From NCBI GenBank assembly GCA_028703445.1, contig JAQVMW010000008.1, positions 6,223-70,222 on the forward strand: a stretch of DNA of 64,000 nucleotides, read 5' to 3'. Origin of the DNA: Candidatus Peribacteraceae bacterium. GTDB taxonomy: Bacteria; Patescibacteriota; Gracilibacteria; Peribacterales; Peribacteraceae. Made by a program: the position numbers and the translations under genes. Within the stretch, counting starts at the first letter, position 1; each line of letters opens with the position of its first letter. The notes under the pieces are model-generated. The model saw only the letters and a program-made list of their open reading frames with translations. It made no database searches and was not told where the DNA came from. Of the stretch, positions 25,008 to 34,577 are shown piece after piece.

Positions 25008-25940
25008 ATGCATACTCCTGACTCCCCCGCCGTCACTGCGCGCTCCCTGGCCCGCCAAAAAAACCGCATGCTTCCAGGCACGTTGCTCTCCTTCACCACC
25101 GTCACCCATCCGCCCAAGGGATTTCCGGATCGCCCGCGCCTGATCGGGCTTATCGAACTCATGGATGGGCAGCGTGTCCTTGGAACACTCGCAGGAGTCA
25201 TGGAACCGAAGATCGGGCAGATGGTGATTCCGCGCATGCACTTGAGCCGCGTGAACGCAGAGGGATTGCGCCTGTACGAAATCGCCTACGAACTCACGGA
25301 GCGTGTGCGCGAACCGGAATCTGAAACAAAGAAATTCCCCGGATACATCCTCGCGCTCACGGGTCCGTCGGGCGTGGGCAAGACCACGGTCTCGCTGCTC
25401 CTGACGAAAATGCTCAGCGATTTCACAACCAAAGTACCCATCGTCACGAGCCGTTCTCCGAAGGAAGGTGATGATCAGGAGTACGACTATGTCACTCCAA
25501 AAGAATTTGAGCGAATGGAGAAGGGCGGAGCACTCGTCGCATGGACACATCTGCCCTCGGACTCAGAACAACGCTCCTACGGATATCGCAAAGCAGATAT
25601 TCTGGCAATTTGGGAGCAGGGCAAGCTGCCGGTCGTGGTGACGGAAATGCATCTGCTGCAGGGACTTGCCGGGCACTATGGACGTCGCTCCATCCTCTCG
25701 TTCGGACTGCTGCCGCCGGGCGAGAGCAAGCGCGCCATGCTCAGCCACCTGCTGCACCGCATGCGTGCCCGAGGTCGCGAAACCGACGCTCAGATCGAGG
25801 AGCGGCTGCTCAATGCCCAGGCGGATTTGGACTACTTCACACGCGCCGCGCACCTGTTCGATTTTGTCCTTGTCAATGAGGATTTGGACGCCGTACTGCA
25901 GGTCATCAAGGGCCATGTTTTGGAGCTTGCGAAAGCCTAG
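25008..25940 (+). CDS. Fusion protein: DUF35-type OB-fold domain (no zinc ribbon) plus guanylate-kinase-like P-loop kinase
   Basis: The N-terminal part is GTLLSFTTVTHPPKGFPDRPRLIGLIELMDGQRVLGTL...IGQMVIP (DUF35 OB pattern). The C-terminal part is ILALTGPSGVGKTT, TSRSPKEGDDQEYDYV and SYGY (Gmk-like). Confidence 0.65.
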   Translation: MHTPDSPAVTARSLARQKNRMLPGTLLSFTTVTHPPKGFPDRPRLIGLIELMDGQRVLGTLAGVMEPKIGQMVIPRMHLSRVNAEGLRLYEIAYELTERVREPESETKKFPGYILALTGPSGVGKTTVSLLLTKMLSDFTTKVPIVTSRSPKEGDDQEYDYVTPKEFERMEKGGALVAWTHLPSDSEQRSYGYRKADILAIWEQGKLPVVVTEMHLLQGLAGHYGRRSILSFGLLPPGESKRAMLSHLLHRMRARGRETDAQIEERLLNAQADLDYFTRAAHLFDFVLVNEDLDAVLQVIKGHVLELAKA

Positions 25941-26002
25941 AAGTCCACACCATCATTTTGAGTTCATGCAACGCTCACACCATTCAGCCCGAAGGGAGAT
26001 TG

Positions 26003-26011
26003 TGGTATAAT
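26003..26011 (+). promoter_or_regulatory. Candidate extended -10 promoter element (TGgTATAAT) upstream of the GT4 gene
   Basis: tgtggtataat lies ~42 nt before ATG 26053. The -35 element is weak (ttcagc). Confidence 0.35.
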
Positions 26012-26052
26012 CATGAGATTATTCGCGTGCGTGCGCGAAGAAACAAACATCC

Positions 26053-27270
26053 ATGTCATTCCATTCACTTATGTTCGGCTGGGAATACCCCCCGCGTCAC
26101 CTGGGTGGGCTTGGCGTGGCCTGCCAGGGACTCATTCGGGGACTCGTGAACCAGAATGTGAAGGTCACACTGGTGCTGCCGTTCGCCGCCGACGGATCGG
26201 AAGATCAAATCGACATCCTCTGCCCACAGGAGCATCACATCCAGAAGATCCGGGTCGCCAGTCTCCTGCTCCCCTACGATTCCGCCGAGCTCTACGCACA
26301 GCGCATCCAGTCCATCCCGCGTGAAACGGCGCAGATCTACGGCGCAGACCTCGGCCATGCCGTCCATGTGTTCACCGAAACAAGTGTTGAAGTGACGAAG
26401 CATCTTCAGCCCGACATCGTGCATGCGCACGATTGGATGACCTACGAAGCGGGACTCCGTTCGGCGCGCCACCACGGCAAGCCCCTCGTCACACACATCC
26501 ACGCTACGGAACTGGATCGCACGCATTTCCATCCCAACGAGTGGATCTACGGACGCGAGCGGTGGGCATTTGAACAGGCGGATCACGTCATCGCCGTGAG
26601 TAATTACACAAAAAATATCCTGGTGCAGCATTACGGAATCAATCCGGATAAGATTTCCGTCGTGCACAACGGCAGTGACGAAACTTATCACGCCGATACG
26701 GCGCCGACACAGATCACACCCATGTCCGGAAAGAAAAACCCGATGGTGCTCTTCCTCGGACGCCTCACGATTCAAAAAGGCCCGATGCACTTCCTGGAAA
26801 TGGCATCCATGGTGCACCGGCACGATCCGGACGTGCAGTTCGTTATCGCGGGAGACGGCCACATGTTCCCCTCTCTCGTCCATCAGGCAGTCAAACTCGG
26901 ACTGCAGGATTGCATCGTCTTCGCAGGGAAAGTTTCGAGCGACGAGGCGCGAAAACTCTACACGCAGGCAAGTTGTTTCGTGATGCCGTCGCTCTCGGAG
27001 CCCTTCGGACTCGTGGCACTGGAAGCAATCGCCCAAGGAACTCCTGTCATCCTGAGTAAGCAATCCGGGGCGAGCGAAGTGATCGGACACGCCTTCAAGG
27101 TGGATTTCTGGGATACCGAAAAAATGGCGGACTGCGTACTCACGATCCTCCGCGAGACACCGCTTGCCTCTCAACTGACAGCCGAAGCCCCGCGCGTGCT
27201 GCAGCGTCTGACGTGGGAGAACCAGGCAGACAAAGTCGTCTCGATTTACAAAAATCTGCTCCATTCCTAA
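26053..27270 (+). CDS. Glycosyltransferase family 4 / GT-B, glycogen (alpha-glucan) synthase-like
   Basis: It carries FGWEYPPRHLGGLGVACQGL and the C-terminal EPFGLVALEA motif. The 405 aa length fits. Confidence 0.8.
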   Translation: MSFHSLMFGWEYPPRHLGGLGVACQGLIRGLVNQNVKVTLVLPFAADGSEDQIDILCPQEHHIQKIRVASLLLPYDSAELYAQRIQSIPRETAQIYGADLGHAVHVFTETSVEVTKHLQPDIVHAHDWMTYEAGLRSARHHGKPLVTHIHATELDRTHFHPNEWIYGRERWAFEQADHVIAVSNYTKNILVQHYGINPDKISVVHNGSDETYHADTAPTQITPMSGKKNPMVLFLGRLTIQKGPMHFLEMASMVHRHDPDVQFVIAGDGHMFPSLVHQAVKLGLQDCIVFAGKVSSDEARKLYTQASCFVMPSLSEPFGLVALEAIAQGTPVILSKQSGASEVIGHAFKVDFWDTEKMADCVLTILRETPLASQLTAEAPRVLQRLTWENQADKVVSIYKNLLHS

Positions 27271-27310
27271 TCCCCCTACGCCCTAATCCTAACCCTAACC
27301 CCTAACCCTC
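27266..27310 (+). repeat. Telomere-like CCCTAA-type tract between GT4 and GH57
   Basis: The sequence is cctaatccccctacgccctaatcctaaccctaacccctaaccctc. The GT4 TAA stop lies inside the first unit. Confidence 0.7.
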
Positions 27311-27316
27311 AATAAA

Positions 27317-28684
27317 ATGCCTCCCCGCATCTGCCTCTACTTCCAGATCCATCAGCCGTACCGACTCCGCGATCTTCGGATCACGGAAATCGGGAAGGGA
27401 AAAACCATGGACTACTTTGACCACGACAAGAACCGTTCGGTCTTCCGCAAGGTCGCCGAAAAGTGTTACCTGCCGGCGAACCGCCTGATGCTCTCACTGC
27501 TGCAGCAGTATCCGGATTTCCAAATCGCCTACTCGCTCTCGGGCGTCTTTTTGGATCAGTGCGAGGAGTACGGACAGGATGTCCTCGAGAGTTTTCAGCG
27601 CCTCGCCAAGACGGGCAGAGTGGAATTCCTCGCCGAAACATACTATCACTCGCTCTCATCCATTCAGGATACGGAGGAATTCTGCGAGCAGACCACGCTG
27701 CACATCCGCAAGATCGAGGATCTGTTCGGGATGACCCCGACAGTCTTCCGGAATACGGAACTCATCTACTCGAATGAGCTGGCCCAGACGGCGCGACTGA
27801 TGGGATTCAAGGGCATTCTCGCCGAAGGCACCGATCATCTCCTGCAGGGGCGAAGCGCGAATCTGCCCTATACGCCTCCGCGGTTCCGTCTTCCACGCAG
27901 GAAGGAAATGCTCATTGCCCGGCACCGCCCGCTGCCGCAGAGATCGGAAAATATTTCCGTCCTGCTCAAGAACTATCGTCTCTCCGACGATGTGGCTTTC
28001 CGCTTCTCGGACAAAAGTTGGGTGGGCTTCCCGCTCAATGCGGAAAACTTCACCGACTGGCTGCTCGGCGGCGGCGGACACAGCGTGAACTTGTTCATGG
28101 ATTACGAAACCTTCGGCGAACACCAGTGGGAAGACACCGGCATCTTCGAATTCCTCGCAACGCTCCCTCACATCTGGCAGGAACGCGGCATCACGTGCGC
28201 CACACCCTCTCAGGTGATCAATGCCTGGAAACACACCGATGCCCCTGTCTACGACGCACATAATGTCATCTCATGGGCCGACACCGAACGCGATCTCTCG
28301 GCATGGCAGGGCAATCAGATCCAAACCTCCGCGCTCAAGGCCATCCATGCTCTGGGGCCGCTGGTGAAAGCCACGGGAAATCCCGATCTCCTCCGCATAT
28401 GGCGCAAATTGCAAACATCCGACCACTTCTACTACATGTGCACCAAGTACTGGAACGACGGCGACGTGCACAAGTACTTCAGTCCCTATGACTCTCCCTA
28501 TGAAGCCTATCGTCGCTACAGTCATGCGCTCTGTGATCTGAAAATGCGCGTGGAACCCGTAAAGGCGTCCCGGCGGGACGCCTCAACCAAAAACATAAAG
28601 ACATCCCGACGGGACGTCTCAAACAAACAGCACACAGCACACAGCAACCGTCCTAAGTCCCAATCCCCAATCCCTAATCCCTAA
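27317..28684 (+). CDS. Glycoside hydrolase family 57 (alpha-amylase/branching-enzyme-like) with a repeat-derived C-terminal tail
   Basis: It has the N-terminal ICLYFQIHQPYRLR motif. The last ~45 codons (about 28555-28684) are translated hairpin and CCCTAA repeats. Confidence 0.85.
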   Translation: MPPRICLYFQIHQPYRLRDLRITEIGKGKTMDYFDHDKNRSVFRKVAEKCYLPANRLMLSLLQQYPDFQIAYSLSGVFLDQCEEYGQDVLESFQRLAKTGRVEFLAETYYHSLSSIQDTEEFCEQTTLHIRKIEDLFGMTPTVFRNTELIYSNELAQTARLMGFKGILAEGTDHLLQGRSANLPYTPPRFRLPRRKEMLIARHRPLPQRSENISVLLKNYRLSDDVAFRFSDKSWVGFPLNAENFTDWLLGGGGHSVNLFMDYETFGEHQWEDTGIFEFLATLPHIWQERGITCATPSQVINAWKHTDAPVYDAHNVISWADTERDLSAWQGNQIQTSALKAIHALGPLVKATGNPDLLRIWRKLQTSDHFYYMCTKYWNDGDVHKYFSPYDSPYEAYRRYSHALCDLKMRVEPVKASRRDASTKNIKTSRRDVSNKQHTAHSNRPKSQSPIPNP

Positions 28685-28686
28685 AA

Positions 28687-30735
28687 ATGCCCCGCTCCCT
28701 CGTCATCGGCAACGGCCAGGTGCTCGCCGCGTTCGACGATCGGCTGCAGATGCGCGACCTGTACTTCCCTCATGTGGGCATGGAGGACCACACGGGTTAC
28801 GGCAACGTGCACCGCACGGGCATCTTCGTAGAAGGCCGCGGATTTGCGTGGTTTTCGGACTCATCGTGGTCGGTCGAACCACGGTACCGCATGGATTCCC
28901 TTGTGGGCGAGTCGAGACTGAAGAACGAACATCTTGGCATCGAACTCATCGCCGAAGATTTCGTGCACCCGTTCTACAACATCCTCATAAGAAACTTCCG
29001 CATCCGGAGCCTGGATGGCATTGCGAAAAAAATCCGCGTCTACTTCCACCACAATCTGTTCATTTACGGCGATAAGCAAAAGGATACCGCCTTCTACGAA
29101 CCGTTCACGAATACCGTCATCCACTACCGCCAGACCCGCTATTTCCTGATCGGCGGCGAGACGAGCGATCCGGATGCGAGCCTCACCGGACGCGTGGGGA
29201 CGGGAGAGTATCAGTCTGTCCTCCGCAGCAAGGAACGTCTGGGGACATGCGGCATCGGCAGCTACAGCATCGGAAAAGCCAACTATCAGGGCTTCGAAGG
29301 AACATGGCGGGACGCGGAGGACGGTGCGCTCTCGAACACGACCATCGACCAGGGTTCGGTGGATTCGACCGTAGGGATCCATGCCCTCCTGCCCCCGAAC
29401 AGGGAAACGACCGTGACGCTCTGGCTCTGCATGGGCAGGAACCTCGAGGAGGTCGTGAACCTGCACCAGATCGTGGTCACGGAAGGACAGCAGCGGCTGC
29501 AATCAAACTGTCACAACTACTGGAAGAGTCTCGTCCACATGGCGCAGCAGTCCTTCGGGAGCCTGAGCGAGCGCATCGTAGACCTCTACCGCAGGAGTCT
29601 GCTTCTGATCCGTCTGCACGCGGACAGCGCCGGCGGGATCGTGGCGGCGGCCGATGCGGATATCATGGCGTTCAACCGCGACACCTACACGTACGTGTGG
29701 CCGCGGGACGGCGCCTTCATTTCGCTCGCGCTGGATCAGGCGCACCTGCACGAGGTGACGCGGCGCTTCTTCGAATTCTGCGCGCGCGTGCAGACGCCCG
29801 ACGGCTACCTGCTTCACAAATACAACCCCGACGGCTCGCTGGGATCCTCGTGGCACCCGTGGTACCGCGACGGCGAAGCGCAGATGCCCATTCAGGAAGA
29901 CGAAACGGCACTCGTGATCTATGCGCTCTGGAAACACTTCGAGCGCGTGCAGGATTTCGAATTCCTGCAGGAGATGTACGAGAAATTCGTGAAGAAAGCC
30001 GGCCAGTTTCTCACGGAATTCCGCGAGGATGCGACGGGGCTGCCCTTCCCCAGCTACGACCCGTGGGAGGAGCACCGCGGCATCTTCACCTACACGGTCG
30101 CGACCGTGGCCGCCGGCCTTCATGCGGCGGCGCAGATCTGCCAGATTCTGGGTCACCACACGCATTCCGAACGATTCCATACCGCCGCGGATGAAACGCG
30201 GCAGGCACTGCACTTCCACCTCTACGATGAAAAGGAGAAACGCTTCATGAAGATGATCCGCCGGAAGGACGGACGCACGGTCGAACGGGACCTCACCATC
30301 GACACCAGCATCGCGGCAATCTGGAAGCTCAACGTCCTCCCCGCAGGCGATCCGCGCGTCGTCTCGACCATGGAACAGATGAAGCAGGCACTCACCGTTC
30401 GCACGCCTATCGGAGGGCTCGCGCGGTTCACGCACGATATGTACCACGCCAAAGTCCCCCTCACGTCCGATATTCCGGGTAATCCCTGGATCATCACCAC
30501 GCTCTGGGAGGCGCAATGGCGCATCGCGCAGGCCAAAACTCTGGAAGATCTGAAGCCGGCGAGACAGACCCTCGAGTGGGCGGCGGACAGAGCTTCCCGC
30601 ACGGGCATCCTCCCGGAACAAATGCACCCCATAACAGGAGAGCCGCTCTCGGTCGCCCCGCTCGCATGGAGCCACGCAACATTCGTGGAAACGGTCCTGC
30701 AGTTTGTGGAAAAAGAGCGCGGATTAGCTTCTTAG
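28687..30735 (+). CDS. Glycoside hydrolase family 15 (glucoamylase/glucodextranase-like)
   Basis: It carries IGNGQVLAAFDDRLQMRDLYFPHVG and YVWPRDGAF. The 682 aa length fits. Confidence 0.85.
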   Translation: MPRSLVIGNGQVLAAFDDRLQMRDLYFPHVGMEDHTGYGNVHRTGIFVEGRGFAWFSDSSWSVEPRYRMDSLVGESRLKNEHLGIELIAEDFVHPFYNILIRNFRIRSLDGIAKKIRVYFHHNLFIYGDKQKDTAFYEPFTNTVIHYRQTRYFLIGGETSDPDASLTGRVGTGEYQSVLRSKERLGTCGIGSYSIGKANYQGFEGTWRDAEDGALSNTTIDQGSVDSTVGIHALLPPNRETTVTLWLCMGRNLEEVVNLHQIVVTEGQQRLQSNCHNYWKSLVHMAQQSFGSLSERIVDLYRRSLLLIRLHADSAGGIVAAADADIMAFNRDTYTYVWPRDGAFISLALDQAHLHEVTRRFFEFCARVQTPDGYLLHKYNPDGSLGSSWHPWYRDGEAQMPIQEDETALVIYALWKHFERVQDFEFLQEMYEKFVKKAGQFLTEFREDATGLPFPSYDPWEEHRGIFTYTVATVAAGLHAAAQICQILGHHTHSERFHTAADETRQALHFHLYDEKEKRFMKMIRRKDGRTVERDLTIDTSIAAIWKLNVLPAGDPRVVSTMEQMKQALTVRTPIGGLARFTHDMYHAKVPLTSDIPGNPWIITTLWEAQWRIAQAKTLEDLKPARQTLEWAADRASRTGILPEQMHPITGEPLSVAPLAWSHATFVETVLQFVEKERGLAS

Positions 30736-30832
30736 CTTGTTGGGTTATTGGGTTTTTGGCTTGTTGGTTTCCTTGCAAATCTTAAGCAGGCGAACAAGCT
30801 AACCAGCTAACAAGCTAACCAGCTAAGAAGCT
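30726..30832. terminator. Long imperfect hairpin built from AAGCTAACC/GGTTAGCTT-type words after GH15
   Basis: agcttcttagcttgttgggttattgg... pairs with ...caagctaaccagctaacaagctaaccagctaagaagct. The first 12 nt are perfectly complementary. Confidence 0.5.
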
Positions 30833-30856
30833 ACAACCTAAAAAGCTCCCTATGCT

Positions 30857-31747
30857 ATGATCTCCCCCATGCGCCCGTCCTCGCCTCCAGCTCCGCCGCG
30901 GCTTCGTACAATCATCCTCTCTCTTCTTGCATGCTGCTTCCTGACGCCCATGGCCAACGCACAGTCTGCCTCTTCGTTGAGCTCTGCAACAACAGGAAGT
31001 GGAAATACCGTGGATGTCTGGGCACAGCGCCGGGAACGTGCAGGTTCTTTCGGCGCACAGTGGGCGGACTTTGCTCTCGTACAGAAGAGCTGGGTGACGA
31101 AGTGGCAGAAAGCACACGGCAAACTGACGGCACACATCGATCGGTGTCACGATGAAGTGCGCAACGCGAACCGTGACACCCTGCTGCCGGTGACGCTGCA
31201 GTGCTATCGCGGCCAGCTGCTTCTGGAACGAGACGCGCTCACAAACGAACGGGAAGTGATCAACCTGTGGCCGGGCATTCCCGTCGAATCAAAGGCAACG
31301 ATGCTCCAGACAATCGACGGACTCCTCAGTGCCATCCAGCCGGTCGTTGATGCCATTGATGCCAAGGTCTTCACCACGCTGGATGCCTTTCAGGATGTAC
31401 GCACCAATCTGCGCACGCAGTACCGTGCATCCTACTGGCTGGTTTCTGCCCGCTTTCGCGCCGATGCCGCCCTCACGTGGCTGAATGCGCTGTTGATCTC
31501 CATCCACACTCTGACACAGGAAGGAACGTTTGAACCTGCTGTACAGGAAAAAATCCTCTCCGCCCTTCAGTGTTATGAAACTGCGGAGCCCCTGCTTGCA
31601 GCCGCCAGTAGCGCAGAAACATTGGAGGCATCGCGTAAGAAGTTCTCAGAAGCAGGCGCGCTTCTCTCTCCCTGCGCAGCTCTCCTCACGGAAGCACAAA
31701 CCCTTGCGCCTCAATCTTCTTCTTCCCTGTCCTCCGAAACTCAATGA
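30857..31747 (+). CDS. Secreted hypothetical protein
   Basis: It has a signal peptide (ILSLLACCFLTPMANAQS), a helical body and a Ser-rich C-terminus. Confidence 0.6.
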   Translation: MISPMRPSSPPAPPRLRTIILSLLACCFLTPMANAQSASSLSSATTGSGNTVDVWAQRRERAGSFGAQWADFALVQKSWVTKWQKAHGKLTAHIDRCHDEVRNANRDTLLPVTLQCYRGQLLLERDALTNEREVINLWPGIPVESKATMLQTIDGLLSAIQPVVDAIDAKVFTTLDAFQDVRTNLRTQYRASYWLVSARFRADAALTWLNALLISIHTLTQEGTFEPAVQEKILSALQCYETAEPLLAAASSAETLEASRKKFSEAGALLSPCAALLTEAQTLAPQSSSSLSSETQ

Positions 31748-32097
31748 GCGAAGGAGGATCTTCCCACTCATCCCTATGTTCCAAGACGACGATGACAACA
31801 ACGGTAAGAAACCGGCTCCCCCGCCCGAGCCTCCGTTCCCCGAGGAAGACGACAGCAATCTGGGAGATGACTTCACGAAAGTAGGCGAAGGCAAAGATCT
31901 CACGAATGACCAGCAATGATGGAAAGGGTACATCTGCCTGCTCATCGAAGAGGCTGGAGGCAAGTTCCGCACCGAGCTCATGGATCCCAAAAACCCCCGT
32001 GGCGGCGTGCGCTGCGTCGCTGCGACGCAACCGATCTTCGAGGAGTTGTGCCAATTTGTGTTTAAGGAATGAGTTTGAAACAAACCCCTCCCCCTTC

Positions 32098-32183
32098 CCC
32101 CCTCTCCACAAGAGAGGGGGAACGCATGTTATTTTGTCGCACTACTAAAAAAGACGCTCCCCTTCCTCTCGTGGAGGAAGGGG
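32098..32183. repeat. Two C/T-rich-stem hairpins immediately downstream of maf
   Basis: The first is ccccctctc cacaa gagaggggg (32098-32120). The second is ccccttcctc tcgtg gaggaagggg (32159-32183). The second abuts the maf stop codon. Confidence 0.7.
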
Positions 32184-32777
32184 TCAGGGGGATGGAGGAA
32201 AATCCAACCACCCCGCTTTCTTCAAGAGCTGCCCCAGCAGAAATATCGGCAATCCAACAATCGAAGACCAGTCCCCCTCGATCCGCTCGATCATCAGCTG
32301 TCCTAAGCCGTCGATCTGAAACGAGCCGGAACGCCCTTCCCAAAGCCGCGTACCGATCCACCAGTCGATCTCTGAAGGCGAGAGGTGCTTGAACATCACC
32401 GAAGACATTGACATGCTCTCCTGCACTTCGCCCTGCGGATTACTGACACAGAGCCCGGAGTAGACGAGAGATGTCCCGCCGCTCTGTAACTGAATCATGG
32501 CGCGTGCCTCATCTGCGCCTCTTGGCTTTTCGAGGAGCGTGCCGTCAGCAGCCACCACAAGCGTGTCGCAGCCGATGATCCATGCATGGGGATGCATGCT
32601 GTGTGCGCGCTCAGCTTTCAGGCGCGCGAAGAACTGCGCTCGTTCCACGGGATCGCGATGCGTCACGTCGCTCTCGTCCTCCACCCCCGTCACGCAGACT
32701 TCAAACGGCAGACCGAGCCCCTCGAGTAGCTGACGCCGCTGAGGACTGGCCGATGCAAGAACGAGTTTGCGATGCAT
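32184..32777 (-). CDS. maf: Maf-like nucleoside triphosphate pyrophosphatase
   Basis: It carries LVLASASPQRRQLLEGLGLPF and a C-terminal region GLGQLMIERIEGDWSSIVGLP. ATG 32777 is preferred over GTG 32798. Confidence 0.85.
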   Translation of the reverse strand: MHRKLVLASASPQRRQLLEGLGLPFEVCVTGVEDESDVTHRDPVERAQFFARLKAERAHSMHPHAWIIGCDTLVVAADGTLLEKPRGADEARAMIQLQSGGTSLVYSGLCVSNPQGEVQESMSMSSVMFKHLSPSEIDWWIGTRLWEGRSGSFQIDGLGQLMIERIEGDWSSIVGLPIFLLGQLLKKAGWLDFPPSP

Positions 32778-32857
32778 GCGTTCATCATAACGCAACACTC
32801 ACCAAACTTTCTTCACTTTCCTGACCTTCCTTACCTACCTTACTTCCCTTACCTTCT

Positions 32858-33541
32858 TTACCTTTCAACAGGCTTCGTCATCTCGATGCGATCCTTGAGC
32901 GTGGAGGGCTGTGACGTACGACGAGTCGTCCGGATTTGCTGCAGATCATTACCAAGTCCTGTAGGAGCCACATCTTGCAGTTGTTCTCCCACGAGCGACG
33001 TGCAGAGCAGATACATCGCCTGCGGGAGTTTCTTGGAGCAGTACCTGATGCGAACAGCGCGCCGCATGGCCATTCGTTCGCTGGGTTCCAGATCCTGAAT
33101 GGTAAGATCTCCCGCAGCAGCCGCATGGGTCGTCGAGGAAGAAGAACCTTCCTTTCCAATGGCGGGAATCGGCTGCTTCATCTCGATGGCACTCTGCACG
33201 TTTGCGATACGCGCCATGTCATTGATCGTAGGGCACCCCGTGTTCTCGTAGTACTGACTCTGTCGTGCAATGCATTCGTTCTGCACGATCGTATAGGCCT
33301 CACAGACAGCACTGGACTTCTCGATTTCCCTGACACAGCGCTCATTGAGACGCGAAAGCGCACGACGCGTCGCCTTGAGTTCTGTTTGGTTCCCGAATGC
33401 CTGATCCTGCAGCGTCTGGCTGTAATGCCCGTCACTGAGGAAGGCCGTTGCCATCGGAACGGCAATGGCAACGGTGAGGACGCCGGTCGACAGGTACACG
33501 GAGAGTCTGCTGCGCTTCATATTGGTGTGTGGAGGAATCAA
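32858..33541 (-). CDS. Membrane-anchored/secreted hypothetical protein
   Basis: It has the N-terminal signal anchor LSVYLSTGVLTVAIAVPMATAFL and several Cys in the extracytoplasmic part. Confidence 0.55.
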   Translation of the reverse strand: MIPPHTNMKRSRLSVYLSTGVLTVAIAVPMATAFLSDGHYSQTLQDQAFGNQTELKATRRALSRLNERCVREIEKSSAVCEAYTIVQNECIARQSQYYENTGCPTINDMARIANVQSAIEMKQPIPAIGKEGSSSSTTHAAAAGDLTIQDLEPSERMAMRRAVRIRYCSKKLPQAMYLLCTSLVGEQLQDVAPTGLGNDLQQIRTTRRTSQPSTLKDRIEMTKPVER

Positions 33542-33564
33542 TCCATTATAGCAAAACTCCGCTT

Positions 33565-34521
33565 TTACCGCAATCCTACGGCTTTTCGCACCTTTTGCAT
33601 GGTTTCTTCGGCGAGACTGCGTGCATGTGCATTCCCCTGCTCCAACACATGGGCAACTTCCTTGGGTTTGAGGGCAGCCCTGCGTGTGCGGAGCGGCCGG
33701 AGTGCATCCATCACCTGCTCGAACAGACGCTTCTTGGCATCAGCGTAACTCAAGCCGGAGCGGTACTCACCGGCCAGTGTCTCTGCTTCTTTCTTATCGA
33801 GGAAAAGCCGGTGAATCTGGAAGATGGGACACGTGTCGGGATCTTTGGGATCGTTCATTCCCTTCGAATCGGTCTGGATGCCCATGATCGCCTTCTTGAG
33901 AACGCTCTCCTCGGCAAAGAGCGGAATCGTATTGCCGTAGCTCTTGCTCATCTTGCGTCCGTCCGTTCCCGGAACGACCGCCGCCTCCGCGCGGATGAAA
34001 GACTCCGGAAGCGTGAAGACCTCGTCGAACGTGCGATTGAACTTGGTCGCAATGTCGCGGGCGATCTCGACGTGCTGCTTCTGATCGCGCCCGACCGGAA
34101 CGATATTTGTCTGATAGAGCAGAATATCGGCAGCCATGAGCACGGGATACGTGAAGAGACCGGCGGAAGCGGCAATCCCCTGCTGAACCTTGTCCTTGTA
34201 ACTCACAGCCCGCTCCAAGAGCCCCATGGGCGTCACGGTGGAGAGGATCCAGAGGAGCTCTGTGTGTTCGGGAATCCTGGACTGCTCGAAGATCACGGCC
34301 TTCTCGGGGTCGAATCCGCAGGCAAGGTAGTCGAGGACGATATCCTCGCGTGCTTGCTTCAATTTGGCCGCATTCTGCATGGTCGTGAGCGCGTGCAGGT
34401 CTGCAATGAAGAAAAAACTCTCATCGGATTTCTGCAGCCACTCCAGATTGGGCTTGATGGAACCGAAGTAATTGCCGAGATGGAGTGAGCCGGAGGGCTG
34501 GATACCGGAGAGGACTCTCAT
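33565..34521 (-). CDS. trpS: Tryptophan--tRNA ligase
   Basis: It has the class I motifs SGIQPSGSLHLGNYFG (HIGH-like) and KMSKS. Confidence 0.9.
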   Translation of the reverse strand: MRVLSGIQPSGSLHLGNYFGSIKPNLEWLQKSDESFFFIADLHALTTMQNAAKLKQAREDIVLDYLACGFDPEKAVIFEQSRIPEHTELLWILSTVTPMGLLERAVSYKDKVQQGIAASAGLFTYPVLMAADILLYQTNIVPVGRDQKQHVEIARDIATKFNRTFDEVFTLPESFIRAEAAVVPGTDGRKMSKSYGNTIPLFAEESVLKKAIMGIQTDSKGMNDPKDPDTCPIFQIHRLFLDKKEAETLAGEYRSGLSYADAKKRLFEQVMDALRPLRTRRAALKPKEVAHVLEQGNAHARSLAEETMQKVRKAVGLR

Positions 34522-34577
34522 GGAGGAAGTGTAGCAGAGAAGGGCAGGAAAAGACGAAGTCCTCACATGCAGTTCTC

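Noticed and set aside
31776-31919. A 47-codon acidic ORF (MFQDDDDNNGKKPAPPPEPPFPEEDD...) with an upstream AAGGAGGA.
   Set aside because: It is too short and low-complexity to support. The SD-like motif is 17 nt from the ATG. It is not reported as a feature.
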